This document shows positions 17,983 to 27,981 of a stretch of 64,000 bases of DNA, one piece after another (within the stretch, counting starts at the first letter, position 1; each line of letters opens with the position of its first letter). Under the pieces are notes generated by a model. That model made no database searches, was not told the origin of the DNA, and was given only the letters and a program-made list of their open reading frames with translations. Source of the DNA: Planctomycetota bacterium (GTDB lineage: Bacteria; Planctomycetota; MHYJ01; JACPRB01); assembly GCA_035644495.1 (NCBI GenBank), contig DASQOM010000064.1:15085-79084 (forward strand), written 5' to 3'. The translations under genes and the position numbers were made by a program.

Positions 17983-19722
17983 GTGTATAACAAATACTAC
18001 CAGGATGAGCTGGCGTACCTGCGCGAGCTGGGCCTGGAGTTTGCCAGGGCCTACCCGGAGGCCGCGCACTTCGTCGGGGAGTCCAGCACCGATCCGGACG
18101 TGGAACGGCTCATGGAGGGCTTCGCCTTCCTGACCGCCCGAATCCGCCAGAAACTCGACGACGAGCTGCCCGAGCTCACCCATTCGCTGATTGAGATGTT
18201 CTGGCCGCATTATCTCCGGCCGGTCCCCTCCATGACGGTCGTCCAGTTCGAAGCCCTTCCCCAGGCCGCGAAGGAAGCCCGCGCCATCGCCCGGGGGGCC
18301 GAGCTGCAGTCGACTCCCGTGGACGGCACCGCCTGCCGCTTCCGGACGATCTATGACGTCGCCCTGCAGCCGCTGACGATCGACTCGATTCTGTTGAAAA
18401 CCGACGCGCCCCATTCGTTCCGCGTCCGTCTCCGCCTGGCCGACGGGGTGAACCTGAAGAAGCTCGGCCTCAAGCAGATCCGGTTCCACCTGGCAGGCGA
18501 TGCCGCCACCAGCCGCGCGCTCTACCTCTGCCTCGTCCGCTTCGCGCGCAAGATCACCGTTCAGCCCGCCTCCGGAGGGACGATCGTGACCCTCCCGGGC
18601 GCCTCGGTCCGCCCGGTGGGATTCGATGCCTCCGATCCCCTCCTGCCCTTCCAGTCGAGCTCGTTCAACGGATTCCGGCTCCTCCAGGAATACTTCTGCT
18701 TCCCGCAGAAGTTCATGTTCCTCGACGTCAACGGCCTCGAAGGCGTCGCGGCCCTCGGCGACGCCACCTCGTTCGACCTGACGTTCGAGCTGTCGCGCCT
18801 GCCCGAGTCGATGCCCCCGGTCAACCCGTCGCACCTCCTGCTGCACTGCTCGCCCGCGATCAACCTGTTCAACCACGAGGCGGACCCGATCCGCCTCGAT
18901 CACGAGCGGGTGGAGTACCGGGTGCGGCCCGCGGGTGGAAAACCTGACCACTACGAAGTCCATACCATCAGCAAGGTGGTCGGCCTGGCACAGGGCGCCG
19001 CCAAGCCCCTGGAATACCGGCCGTTCCTCCGCTTCGCTCGGGGCCCCGGCGACAACGTCCGGTTCTACCGCCACCGGCTCCATCCGTCGGTCACCGGCGA
19101 CGCCGCGGAGGTCTTCCTGAGCCCCATGCCTCCCGAGGGAGGCCAGGACGCGTATGCCGTGGAAACGCTGTCTCTCGACCTGATGTGCAGCAACCGGCAG
19201 CTCCCGACGAAGCTGAAGGCCGGCGACATCTCGGCCTCCACGTCGACGTCGCCCAACTTCGCCCGCTTCAAGAACATCCTCAAGCCCACGGCCTCGATCC
19301 CCCCGTCGCTGACCGGGGATCTGCACTGGAAGCTGCTGTCGCACATGGCGCTGAACTATCTCACGCTGATCGACGTGGACGCGCTTCGGCGCATCGTGGG
19401 CCTCTATCACTTCCGGGCGCGGGTGGACCGGCAGGCCGAGTCGGCGCTGAAGCTGCTCCTCGACGGCATCAAGCGGGTGTCCTCGGCGCCGTCGACGCGG
19501 CTGCTTCAGGGCTCGCCGGTCCGGGGGGTCGCCGTGGAACTGGACCTGGACGAGGACAATTTCGGCGGCGAGGGGGAGGCGTACCTGTTCGGCACGCTGC
19601 TGAACGAATTCTTCGCGGAGTACGTCACGCTGAACGCGTTCTGCCGGCTGACGGTCAAGGGACTCAAGTACGGGGAGATCCACCAGTGGTCGACGCGAGT
19701 CGGGGAACGGATCACCCTCTAA
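17983..19722 (+). CDS. tssF: T6SS baseplate subunit TssF
   Basis: GTG start. YNKYYQDELAYLRELGLEFARAYPE is the typical TssF N-terminus. 579 aa. Confidence 0.9.
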   Translation: MYNKYYQDELAYLRELGLEFARAYPEAAHFVGESSTDPDVERLMEGFAFLTARIRQKLDDELPELTHSLIEMFWPHYLRPVPSMTVVQFEALPQAAKEARAIARGAELQSTPVDGTACRFRTIYDVALQPLTIDSILLKTDAPHSFRVRLRLADGVNLKKLGLKQIRFHLAGDAATSRALYLCLVRFARKITVQPASGGTIVTLPGASVRPVGFDASDPLLPFQSSSFNGFRLLQEYFCFPQKFMFLDVNGLEGVAALGDATSFDLTFELSRLPESMPPVNPSHLLLHCSPAINLFNHEADPIRLDHERVEYRVRPAGGKPDHYEVHTISKVVGLAQGAAKPLEYRPFLRFARGPGDNVRFYRHRLHPSVTGDAAEVFLSPMPPEGGQDAYAVETLSLDLMCSNRQLPTKLKAGDISASTSTSPNFARFKNILKPTASIPPSLTGDLHWKLLSHMALNYLTLIDVDALRRIVGLYHFRARVDRQAESALKLLLDGIKRVSSAPSTRLLQGSPVRGVAVELDLDEDNFGGEGEAYLFGTLLNEFFAEYVTLNAFCRLTVKGLKYGEIHQWSTRVGERITL

Positions 19723-20717
19723 TCCGGAAGCTCCGGACCCAGGGGCCCCAGTTCTCCTTCTTCCAGGCGATGCGCGTGCTGAGGCGCCTCCTGCCCGAGG
19801 CCGCCCCGGTCGGGCATCAAGGCCCCGTCGCAAAGGAAAGCGTCCGCCTGCGCTCGAATCTCTCCTTCGCGTTCGCCACCTCGGACATCACGGAGATCCG
19901 GGACCTTCCGGCCTCCGACGGCATCCCCCGATTCGAGATCACCGCGGCCTTCCTCGGCCTCTACGGCACGGATTCGCCGCTCCCCACGTACTTCACGGAA
20001 CGGCTGCTGCACGACCAGGACGAGGACAGCGTCCAGCGCGAATTCCTCGACCTCTTCCAGCACCGCATCCTCTCGCTCTTCTACCGGGCGTGGGAGAAGT
20101 ACCGCTACGACGCCCAGTTCCGGGACGACGGCTCCGACTTCCTGTCGCGGCGCCTCCTCTCGCTGCTCTGCCTCGACCCCGGCTCGCTGCCGAAGGATCA
20201 CCGGGTGCCCGCGGTGCGGCTGCTCGGATTCGCCGGACTGCTGACCCAGGTCCCGCATTCGGCGGACACGCTGAGGGGCGTGCTGGCGGATTATTTCGAG
20301 GAGATGCCGGTCCACATCGAGCAGTGCGTGGGCCGCTGGCTCCCGATTCCGGAGGACCAGCGCAACCGGCTGGGAGCGATGAATTCGAGGCTCGGGCAGG
20401 ATACCAGCCTGGGGGACCGGGTTTTCGACCGCAGCTGCACCTTCCGGGTGGGTTTCGGGCCGCTGGGTCTGGACGACTTCATGTCGCTCCTGCCCTGCGG
20501 CGACCGGATGCCCGAGGCGAGGGAGCTCGTGGACCTGGTCAACGGCGACGGACTGGACTATGAAATCGAACTCCAGCTGAACGAGGAGGAAATTCCTCCG
20601 CTGCAGCTTTCGGGGCCGACCGCGCGTCTGGGGTGGTCGAGCTGGCTCGGGAAGCGGCCGGGCGCGGAATCCCGCGTCCGATTTTTGGTGAAAGGATGGC
20701 TCCATGGTCGAAGTTAA
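19686..20717 (+). CDS. tssG: T6SS baseplate subunit TssG
   Basis: Conserved N-terminal motif PQFSFFQAMRVLRRL. There is no ATG upstream of the motif, so I propose the GTG at 19686, which overlaps tssF by 37 nt. The first in-frame ATG, at 19770, lies inside the motif. Confidence 0.75.
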   Translation: MVDASRGTDHPLIRKLRTQGPQFSFFQAMRVLRRLLPEAAPVGHQGPVAKESVRLRSNLSFAFATSDITEIRDLPASDGIPRFEITAAFLGLYGTDSPLPTYFTERLLHDQDEDSVQREFLDLFQHRILSLFYRAWEKYRYDAQFRDDGSDFLSRRLLSLLCLDPGSLPKDHRVPAVRLLGFAGLLTQVPHSADTLRGVLADYFEEMPVHIEQCVGRWLPIPEDQRNRLGAMNSRLGQDTSLGDRVFDRSCTFRVGFGPLGLDDFMSLLPCGDRMPEARELVDLVNGDGLDYEIELQLNEEEIPPLQLSGPTARLGWSSWLGKRPGAESRVRFLVKGWLHGRS

Positions 20718-23352
20718 CCTGAAATCCCTGGTCGCCCGGTTGAACCGGTTCTGCACGCGGTCCCTCGAGGCCGCCGCCGGCCTCTGCGTCTCCAGGACCA
20801 ACTACGAGGTTTCGCCGGAGCACCTGCTCCACGCGATGATCGACGATCCTTCGGCCGACCTCCAGACGATCTTCAAGCATTTCGGCATCGAGGCCGGCCG
20901 CGTCCAGAAGGGGCTCATCCAGGTGATCGAGGGCTTCAAGTCGGGCAACCCCGGCCGGCCCACGTTCTCCCCCCTGCTTGTCGAGTGGTTCCAGCAGGCC
21001 TGGCTGGTGGGATCCCTGGACTTCGGCCTGGCCGAAATCCGCTCCGGCATCCTCCTGCAGGCCCTGATGGCCAACCCCACCCGCTTCGGCGCCGACGAGT
21101 GGATGCCGCTTCTCGAGGGCATCAATCGCAGCGACCTCAAGGCGAAATACGCGACCATCATCTCCGCGTCGAGCGAGCGGTCGAACTTCATGGGCTCGGG
21201 CACGGCGTCCCCGTCGGGTTCCTCCCCCGCGGGCGGAGGAAGCCCGGCCGGCGGCGGCGACTCCGCCCTCGCCAAGTATGCGAACAACTTCACCAAGCAG
21301 GCGCGCGAGAACAAGATCGACCCGGTCTTCGGCCGCGACCGCGAAATCCGCCAGATGATCGACATCCTGGCCCGGCGCCGGAAGAACAACCCCATCTGCG
21401 TGGGCGAACCCGGCGTCGGCAAGACGGCCGTCGTGGAAGGCCTGGCCCTGAAAATCATCGAGGGCGACGTTCCCGACGCGCTCAAGAACGTGGAGCTGAT
21501 GGGCCTGGACATGGGCCTCCTGCAGGCCGGCGCCAGCGTCAAGGGCGAGTTCGAGAACCGGCTGAAGGGCGTGATCGAGGAGGTCAAGTCCTCGCCGAAG
21601 CCCATCATCATGTTCATCGACGAGGCCCATACGCTGATCGGCGCGGGCGGACAGGCGGGCGGCGGCGACGCGGCCAACCTGCTCAAGCCGGCCCTCGCGC
21701 GAGGGGAGCTGCGGACCATCGCGGCCACGACCTGGAGCGAGTACAAGAAGTACTTCGAGAAGGACGCCGCGCTCGCACGCCGCTTCCAGCTCGTCAAGCT
21801 CGACGAGCCGGACGAGGAGACCACGATCACCATGCTGCGCGGCCTCCGGGACCGCTACGAGAAGGCGCACGACGTCGTCATCCGCGACGATTCGCTCCAG
21901 GCCGCCGCGCAGCTGGGCAGCCGCTATATCGCGGGCCGGCAGCACCCGGACAAGGGCGTCGACCTCATGGACACCAGCGCGGCCCGGGTCAAGATCGCCC
22001 TCACCACCAAGCCGCCGGAACTGCAGGACCTCGAGCGCCGGATCCAGACGCTGGAGCGCGAGCAGTCGGCCCTGAAACGCGACAAGGCCGGCGGCGCGAA
22101 GGAGCTGGACGAGCGGCTGAACGAAGTGGCCGCGGAAATCGCTTCCACGAAGGTGAAGGTCGGACAGATCACGGAGCGCTGGCAGAAGGAGAAGGCTGCC
22201 GTCGACAAGGTGCTCGACATCCGGAAGAAAATGGACGGGCCGGACGGCAAGAAGGACGCCGAGAAACTCGCCAAGGACCTGGAGGGGGCCCAGGCGGCGC
22301 TGAAGGAGATCCAGGGCAAGGACCCGATCATCTTCGCCGATGTCACCCCCGAAGTGGTCGCGCGCGTCGTGGCCGACTGGACGGGCATCCCGATCGGCAA
22401 GATGGTCCAGGACCAGGCGGCGGCCCTACTCTCGTTCGAAGACAGCCTGCGCAAGCGGATCAAGGGTCAGGATCACGTGAGCTCCATGGTCGGCAAGGGC
22501 ATCCGCGCGGCGAAGGCGGGGCTGAAGAACCCGAAGACGCCGATGGGCGTCTTCCTGTTCGTCGGGCCCTCCGGCGTCGGCAAGACGGAGACGGCGCTCG
22601 GCGTGGCGGACCTGCTGTTCGGCGGCGAACGCTTCCTGACGGTCATCAACATGTCCGAGTTCCAGGAGAAGCACACGGTGTCGCGCCTGATCGGTTCGCC
22701 CCCCGGCTACGTGGGCTACGGCGAGGGCGGCGTGCTCACCGAGGCGGTGCGGCAGAAGCCGTACTCCGTCGTGCTTCTGGACGAATGCGAAAAGGCCGAC
22801 CCGGAGGTGCTCAACCTCTTCTACCAGGTGTTCGACAAGGGCATGCTTTCGGACGGCGAAGGCCGCGAGGTGGACTTCAAGGATACGATCCTCTTCCTGA
22901 CCAGCAACCTCGCGACGGACCTGATCATGCAGAGCGCGGCCGACGGCACGAAGCCGGCCATGGACGACCTGGTGGCGCTGATCCGGCCCGCGCTCTCCAA
23001 GCATTTCAAGCCCGCGCTCCTGGCGCGCATGACGATCATCCCCTTCTATCCCATCGGGCCCGACGCCCTGAAGGAGATCGCCCGTCTCAAGCTGGGCCAG
23101 CTCGAGAAGCGGCTCAAGGAGAACCACCGGATGGCGATGGACATCGATCCCAAGGTGATCGACGCGATTGCCGAGCGCTGCACCGAGGTGGAAACGGGCG
23201 CCCGCAACGTGGACCACATCATCAGCGGAACCCTGCTGCCGAAGATCTCGAGCGAGATCCTCCAGCAGATGTCGACAGGGTCGATGCCGGACAAGATCAC
23301 GGTGACCCTGGACGACAAGGGGGAGTTTGCGTTCACGTTCTCTCGAAAGTAG
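20704..23352 (+). CDS. clpV: ClpV (TssH) AAA+ ATPase
   Basis: 882 aa. Clp N-domain and two AAA+ modules (GEPGVGKTAVVEGLA; GPSGVGKTETALGVAD). Confidence 0.95.
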   Translation: MVEVNLKSLVARLNRFCTRSLEAAAGLCVSRTNYEVSPEHLLHAMIDDPSADLQTIFKHFGIEAGRVQKGLIQVIEGFKSGNPGRPTFSPLLVEWFQQAWLVGSLDFGLAEIRSGILLQALMANPTRFGADEWMPLLEGINRSDLKAKYATIISASSERSNFMGSGTASPSGSSPAGGGSPAGGGDSALAKYANNFTKQARENKIDPVFGRDREIRQMIDILARRRKNNPICVGEPGVGKTAVVEGLALKIIEGDVPDALKNVELMGLDMGLLQAGASVKGEFENRLKGVIEEVKSSPKPIIMFIDEAHTLIGAGGQAGGGDAANLLKPALARGELRTIAATTWSEYKKYFEKDAALARRFQLVKLDEPDEETTITMLRGLRDRYEKAHDVVIRDDSLQAAAQLGSRYIAGRQHPDKGVDLMDTSAARVKIALTTKPPELQDLERRIQTLEREQSALKRDKAGGAKELDERLNEVAAEIASTKVKVGQITERWQKEKAAVDKVLDIRKKMDGPDGKKDAEKLAKDLEGAQAALKEIQGKDPIIFADVTPEVVARVVADWTGIPIGKMVQDQAAALLSFEDSLRKRIKGQDHVSSMVGKGIRAAKAGLKNPKTPMGVFLFVGPSGVGKTETALGVADLLFGGERFLTVINMSEFQEKHTVSRLIGSPPGYVGYGEGGVLTEAVRQKPYSVVLLDECEKADPEVLNLFYQVFDKGMLSDGEGREVDFKDTILFLTSNLATDLIMQSAADGTKPAMDDLVALIRPALSKHFKPALLARMTIIPFYPIGPDALKEIARLKLGQLEKRLKENHRMAMDIDPKVIDAIAERCTEVETGARNVDHIISGTLLPKISSEILQQMSTGSMPDKITVTLDDKGEFAFTFSRK

Positions 23353-23361
23353 GAGACCCCC

Positions 23362-25938
23362 ATGGCACCTGAGAACAAGGCGATCGAATTCGAGTCCAAG
23401 GCCCCGAAGGCCCCCGAGCTGCTCGTGGAGACGCTGACGGGGCGCGAGGAGATTTCGAGGCCGTTCGAGTTCACGGTCGACCTCCTCTCTCGGGACAAGA
23501 GCGCCAAGCTGGAAGAGTTCGTGCGGAACCCCGCGAGCGTCTCGATCAAAGTCCCCATCTCGGGATCGGACGGGAAGCGCCGCATGAAAACGGCGAAGAT
23601 CCACGGCGTGCTGTCGACCTTCGAGCAGCTCGACCAGCTGCACGACTGGACGCGGTACCGCGCCGTCCTCGTCCCCAAGCTGTGGAGGCTGTCCCTGTCG
23701 GTCCAGACCCGGCTCTTCCTGGAGAAGAACGTCCAGGAGATCGTCACCGAGGTCCTCGAGGCGCAGGTCGGGGGCGGCGGCCAGCGGCTCACGAGCGACG
23801 ACTTCGAGTTCCGACTGAAGGGCAGCCCCACGGTCCGAAAGTACGTCGTCCAGTACCAGGAGACCGACTTGGACTTCGTCCACCGCATGCTGGAGTACTG
23901 GGGCATCTACTACTTCTTCGAGCACAAGGAAGACGGCAGCAAGGTCATCTTCGCGAACGACCCCTCCAAGTACCCCGAAATCGCGGAGAAGCCCAAGCTC
24001 CCCTATCGTCCGAACACCGAGGGTCGCAGCCGCGCCGCCGGCGCCGCCGACGCGGAGTCGATGACGGAGGAGGCGGTGATCTCGTTCGTGGCGAAACAGA
24101 ACGGCGTCTCCGCCCAAGTGACCCTGCAGGACTACTACGACGGGACGCCGACCGCGAACATGAAGGTGAGCCAGACCGTCGAAGAGGGCGACGAGGGCGA
24201 GGTGTACCGTTTCGGCGAGCACTACCTGGACGAGGGGGAAGGCGGCCAGATCGCCGAGATCCGTGCCCAGGAAATCCAGTGCCGGCAGAGGATCTTCGAC
24301 ATCCGGACCGACTGCCGGAGCATGCGCGCCGGCATCAAGTTTCCCATGGTCAAGCACTACCGCGACAGCTTCAACAGCGACTACCTGGCGGTCGTGGTCC
24401 GGCACAAGGCCAAGCAGGAGCTGAGCGGAAACGGCGATCCCACCGGGAAGCTGGAGTACGAGAACACGGTCACGGCGATCCCCGCCGCATTCAGTTTCCG
24501 GCCCGAACGGCGGATCCCCTGGCCCCGGATCTCCGGCGTCTTCAACGCGAAGGTGGACTCCGGCGGGCGGTATGCCGAGATCGACGATCAGGGCCGCTAC
24601 AAGCTGAAGTTCCCGATGGACCTGGAGGACCGCGGCGAGGGCAAGGGCTCGCCCGACATCCGCCTCGGAGAGCCGTACGCGGGCCCCGACTACGGGGACC
24701 ACCAGCCGCTGCACAAGGACTGCGAGGTTCTCGTCTCGCACGAGAACGGCGACCCCGACCGTCCGGTCATCGTCGCCGCCGTGCCGAACCCGGACAATGC
24801 GTCCCCGGTGAAGAACTCCAACCAGACGCAGTCCATCATCCGCACCGCGGCCAACAACCAGCTGGTGATGGAGGACGAGGAGGGCGAGGAGTGGATTCAT
24901 CTGTCCACGCCCAACGGGACGACCTTCATCGACATGGGGGCCGACCACAACCACATCACCCATGCTCACGCGGGCATCGTCGCCGGCACCGAGGGCGGCA
25001 TCTCGCTCAATGCGGGAAAGTCCGTCCATATCTCGGCCGGGACCCCGACCGGCGACGGCGGCGTTGAGCAGGGCGCGGCGCTCATGAACAAGATCCAGTC
25101 GTACACGGCGGCGGCGGTCACGGCGCTGTCCGTGGCCTCGGCGGCGGCAGGCGAGCGGGTCGCGACGGGCCACTCGAACTGGGCGGGCCTGGCGGCGGAC
25201 CTGGCGGGAGCCGCGGCGGGCTTCGCCGGCATGGCCCTCAACACGAACTGCTATATGAGCTCCCCCACGAAGGTGGCGGTGCTGGGCGGGGGCGAGGTCA
25301 TGATGGCGGCGGGTGCGGCCCTCGACTGCGTGGCGGCCGGGCAGGCGACCTTCGCCAGCCTGGTGTCCACGCTCGTCGGCTGTGTGAATACGCTCTCGCT
25401 GATCTCGGGACGCCACGCTGAGCTGATCTCGATCGCCGGCAACGTCACCATCGAGGCCAAGAAGGTCGGCAACGTGAAGGTCGAGGCGAAGAAGAACGTC
25501 GTCGTCGAGGCGAAGACCGAGGACATCAAGATGGAGGCCAAGCGGGACTTCCATCTCAAGACGGAAGAGGGCAAGGGCGTCATGGAGTTCCACAAGGACC
25601 TGACGATCGAGTCCAAGGAAGACAAGAAGATCATCCTGAAGGCGGGAGAGAGCTCGATCACCATGGAGGACAGCCAGATCGTCATCCGCGCCAAGAAGAT
25701 CCAGCTGCAGTCCCAGGACGACAAGAACACGGTCACGCTCGTGAACGGCGGCGACGCGACCTACGATCTCGAATTCAAGACCAAGGGCGCCATCACGATG
25801 GATGCGGAGGACAACATCGAGGTCTACACGGACAAGCTCTATTCCGTCATGGCGGAGGATACGGTCGAGTTCAAGTGCAAGAAGCTGGACGAGAAGGCGT
25901 GCGACGCGATCGAGCGCGCGAATTCGAAGGAAGGCTAA
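23362..25938 (+). CDS. vgrG: VgrG (TssI) spike protein with extended C-terminal beta-helical repeats
   Basis: 858 aa. LVETLTGREEISRPFEFTVDLLS is the VgrG N-terminus. The C-terminal ~200 aa are repetitive (VEAKKNVVVEAK...). Confidence 0.9.
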   Translation: MAPENKAIEFESKAPKAPELLVETLTGREEISRPFEFTVDLLSRDKSAKLEEFVRNPASVSIKVPISGSDGKRRMKTAKIHGVLSTFEQLDQLHDWTRYRAVLVPKLWRLSLSVQTRLFLEKNVQEIVTEVLEAQVGGGGQRLTSDDFEFRLKGSPTVRKYVVQYQETDLDFVHRMLEYWGIYYFFEHKEDGSKVIFANDPSKYPEIAEKPKLPYRPNTEGRSRAAGAADAESMTEEAVISFVAKQNGVSAQVTLQDYYDGTPTANMKVSQTVEEGDEGEVYRFGEHYLDEGEGGQIAEIRAQEIQCRQRIFDIRTDCRSMRAGIKFPMVKHYRDSFNSDYLAVVVRHKAKQELSGNGDPTGKLEYENTVTAIPAAFSFRPERRIPWPRISGVFNAKVDSGGRYAEIDDQGRYKLKFPMDLEDRGEGKGSPDIRLGEPYAGPDYGDHQPLHKDCEVLVSHENGDPDRPVIVAAVPNPDNASPVKNSNQTQSIIRTAANNQLVMEDEEGEEWIHLSTPNGTTFIDMGADHNHITHAHAGIVAGTEGGISLNAGKSVHISAGTPTGDGGVEQGAALMNKIQSYTAAAVTALSVASAAAGERVATGHSNWAGLAADLAGAAAGFAGMALNTNCYMSSPTKVAVLGGGEVMMAAGAALDCVAAGQATFASLVSTLVGCVNTLSLISGRHAELISIAGNVTIEAKKVGNVKVEAKKNVVVEAKTEDIKMEAKRDFHLKTEEGKGVMEFHKDLTIESKEDKKIILKAGESSITMEDSQIVIRAKKIQLQSQDDKNTVTLVNGGDATYDLEFKTKGAITMDAEDNIEVYTDKLYSVMAEDTVEFKCKKLDEKACDAIERANSKEG

Positions 25939-25944
25939 GAAGCC

Positions 25945-27981
25945 GTGATTCTCCGGAACGAATCATCCTTCAAGGCAGGCTGGGTGGAATGGCAGATCCG
26001 CCCTCCGAAACCCTCCGTCACGTTCGTGGTGAAGGGCACCTTCGACCTCAAGCACGGAGCGACGGCGACGCTGTCGGCCGAGCCGGCGGATGTTTCCGGA
26101 GACCTGTTCCTCCAGGACGACCTGAAAAAGGCGCTGGTGTACTCCTCCGACCTGGCGCCGTTCAAACCCATGGCGGACGTCTTCGTCTCCGGATGCGCCT
26201 ATGTCCCCGGGAAAGGGACGACGGACGTCCTGCGGGTGTCGTTCCAGGCGGGGCGGGTCTCCAAGTCCCTGGCCGTCATCGGCGACCGGCTCTGGCGCAA
26301 GGGTTTCCTCGGCAGCACGATGACCCCGATCATTCCTTTCCGCAGGATGGACCTCACGTACGACCGGAGCTACGGAGGGGAGGGCTACGCGTGGAATCCG
26401 CTCGGCCGCGGATACGCCGAGGAAGCGGGACCGGACGGCAAACCGGCGCTGCGGCTTCCGAATCTCGAGGACCCCGCGAAGCTCATCAGCAGTCCGTCCG
26501 ATACGCCGGAGCCTGCGGGATTCGGCCCCTTTCCGCTGACCTGGCCGCAGCGGATGTCGAAGTCGGGGACCTATAAGGGCAACTGGCTCAAGGAACGATT
26601 CCCCTGGTTCCCGGACGATTTCAACTGGGGCTTCTTCAATGCCGCACCCCCGGACCAGCAGGCCGCGTACTTCCGCGGGGACGAAAAGCTGCGGTTTGAG
26701 AACCTGCACCGCGATCGACCGATCTTCGAGTCGGCGCTTCCCGGATACCGGGTGCGCTGCTTCTACGCCGAGGTCACCGTCGCCGTCGTCCGGATGGTCG
26801 AAGTCCCGATGGTGCTCGACACCGTCTATGCCGACCTGGAACGCGAAAAGCTGATCCTCGTCTGGCGCGGCGACACGGACCTCGAGCGGCCGAAACTGGC
26901 GCCGGACGACACGATGTTCGTGGTGGCCGACAAGCTGACCGATCCCCCGACGCCGATCGCGGCCATCGAGAAGAGGTTGCGTGCTCTCGTTCCCGGTGCG
27001 CAGCCCGAGCTCCCGCCGCCCGTTCCGGAGCCGTCGCCCCTGCCCGCGGTCGCGGCGCCGTCCGGCCCGCCACGGGAGGAACTTGCCCGGCAGATCTCGG
27101 GCGGCGCCGGGATGACGAACGCGGACCTGACGGGTGCGGATCTCTCGGGGTTCGATCTGTCGGGTCAGGACCTGTCGGGGTGCATCCTGGCGGGAGCGAA
27201 CCTCCGGAAAGCCAATCTTGCGGGCACCAAGCTCGTCGGCGCCGTCCTCGCCGAAGCCGATTTGTCCAGGGCCTCGCTCAAGGGGGCCGACCTGTCGAAA
27301 GCCGATTTCAGCGGCGCGCGCCTGGCCGGAGCCGATCTCTCCGGCGCCAGGCTCGATGGGGCGGTGTTCGAGGAAGCGATGCTGCCGGCCGCGACGCTGA
27401 CCGGGGCGCAGGGCAAGGGAGTCCTGTTCACGGGCGCGAGGCTCCGGCGGGCCGTTCTGAAACAGGCGGTCCTTCCCGGCGCCGTCTTCGCGGACGCCGT
27501 GCTGAACGAAGCCGATCTGTCCGGCGCGATCCTGGCGGGAGCAACGTTTGAAGGCGCGTACGCGAACCCCGTGAAGTTCAACGGGGCCGACCTGACCGCC
27601 GTCAAGGCGTCGGGAGCAAACTTCCGCGCGTCGTCATTCCGGAAGATCGTCGCGCCGAAATCCGTCTGGCAGGGGGCCCGGCTCTACGCGGCGGACTTCT
27701 CCGAGGCCGATCTTTCCGAGGCGGAGTTCAGCGCCGCGTACCTCGAGGAAGCCCGGTTCAACATGGCGACGCTCCGCCGCGCCAAGCTCATGGAAGCGGT
27801 GATGCGCCACGCCGAGCTCATCCGCTGCGACCTGTTCGCGGCGGGCCTCTCAAAGGCGGACCTCACCGGCGCCAATTTCAGCGAATCGAATCTGTTCAAG
27901 GCGGACCTGCTGAAGTCGCCCCGCGAAGGGGCGAAGTTCCAGAACGCCAACGTCCAGAGAACCTGGTTGGTCTTCAAGTGA
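25945..27981 (+). CDS. DUF2169-like domain fused to pentapeptide-repeat domain (VgrG-proximal adaptor-like protein)
   Basis: 678 aa. N-terminal ~350 aa globular domain; I assign it to DUF2169 from memory of its architecture and its position after vgrG. C-terminal ~320 aa are canonical A(D/N)LxG pentapeptide repeats (ADLSGFDLSGQDLSGCILAGANLRKANLAG...). Confidence 0.65.
   Translation: MILRNESSFKAGWVEWQIRPPKPSVTFVVKGTFDLKHGATATLSAEPADVSGDLFLQDDLKKALVYSSDLAPFKPMADVFVSGCAYVPGKGTTDVLRVSFQAGRVSKSLAVIGDRLWRKGFLGSTMTPIIPFRRMDLTYDRSYGGEGYAWNPLGRGYAEEAGPDGKPALRLPNLEDPAKLISSPSDTPEPAGFGPFPLTWPQRMSKSGTYKGNWLKERFPWFPDDFNWGFFNAAPPDQQAAYFRGDEKLRFENLHRDRPIFESALPGYRVRCFYAEVTVAVVRMVEVPMVLDTVYADLEREKLILVWRGDTDLERPKLAPDDTMFVVADKLTDPPTPIAAIEKRLRALVPGAQPELPPPVPEPSPLPAVAAPSGPPREELARQISGGAGMTNADLTGADLSGFDLSGQDLSGCILAGANLRKANLAGTKLVGAVLAEADLSRASLKGADLSKADFSGARLAGADLSGARLDGAVFEEAMLPAATLTGAQGKGVLFTGARLRRAVLKQAVLPGAVFADAVLNEADLSGAILAGATFEGAYANPVKFNGADLTAVKASGANFRASSFRKIVAPKSVWQGARLYAADFSEADLSEAEFSAAYLEEARFNMATLRRAKLMEAVMRHAELIRCDLFAAGLSKADLTGANFSESNLFKADLLKSPREGAKFQNANVQRTWLVFK

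Noticed and set aside
17962-21945. Antisense ORFs 17962..19833(-), 19719..20801(-), 20539..21945(-)
   Set aside because: Shadow frames opposite tssF, tssG and clpV.
22426-25593. 1055-aa minus-strand ORF
   Set aside because: Antisense to the clpV and vgrG coding sequence; Asp/Arg/Gly low-complexity.
27060-27960. 15-nt periodic DNA repeats (also 31100..32900)
   Set aside because: Coding periodicity of pentapeptide-repeat proteins, not a CRISPR array or satellite repeat.
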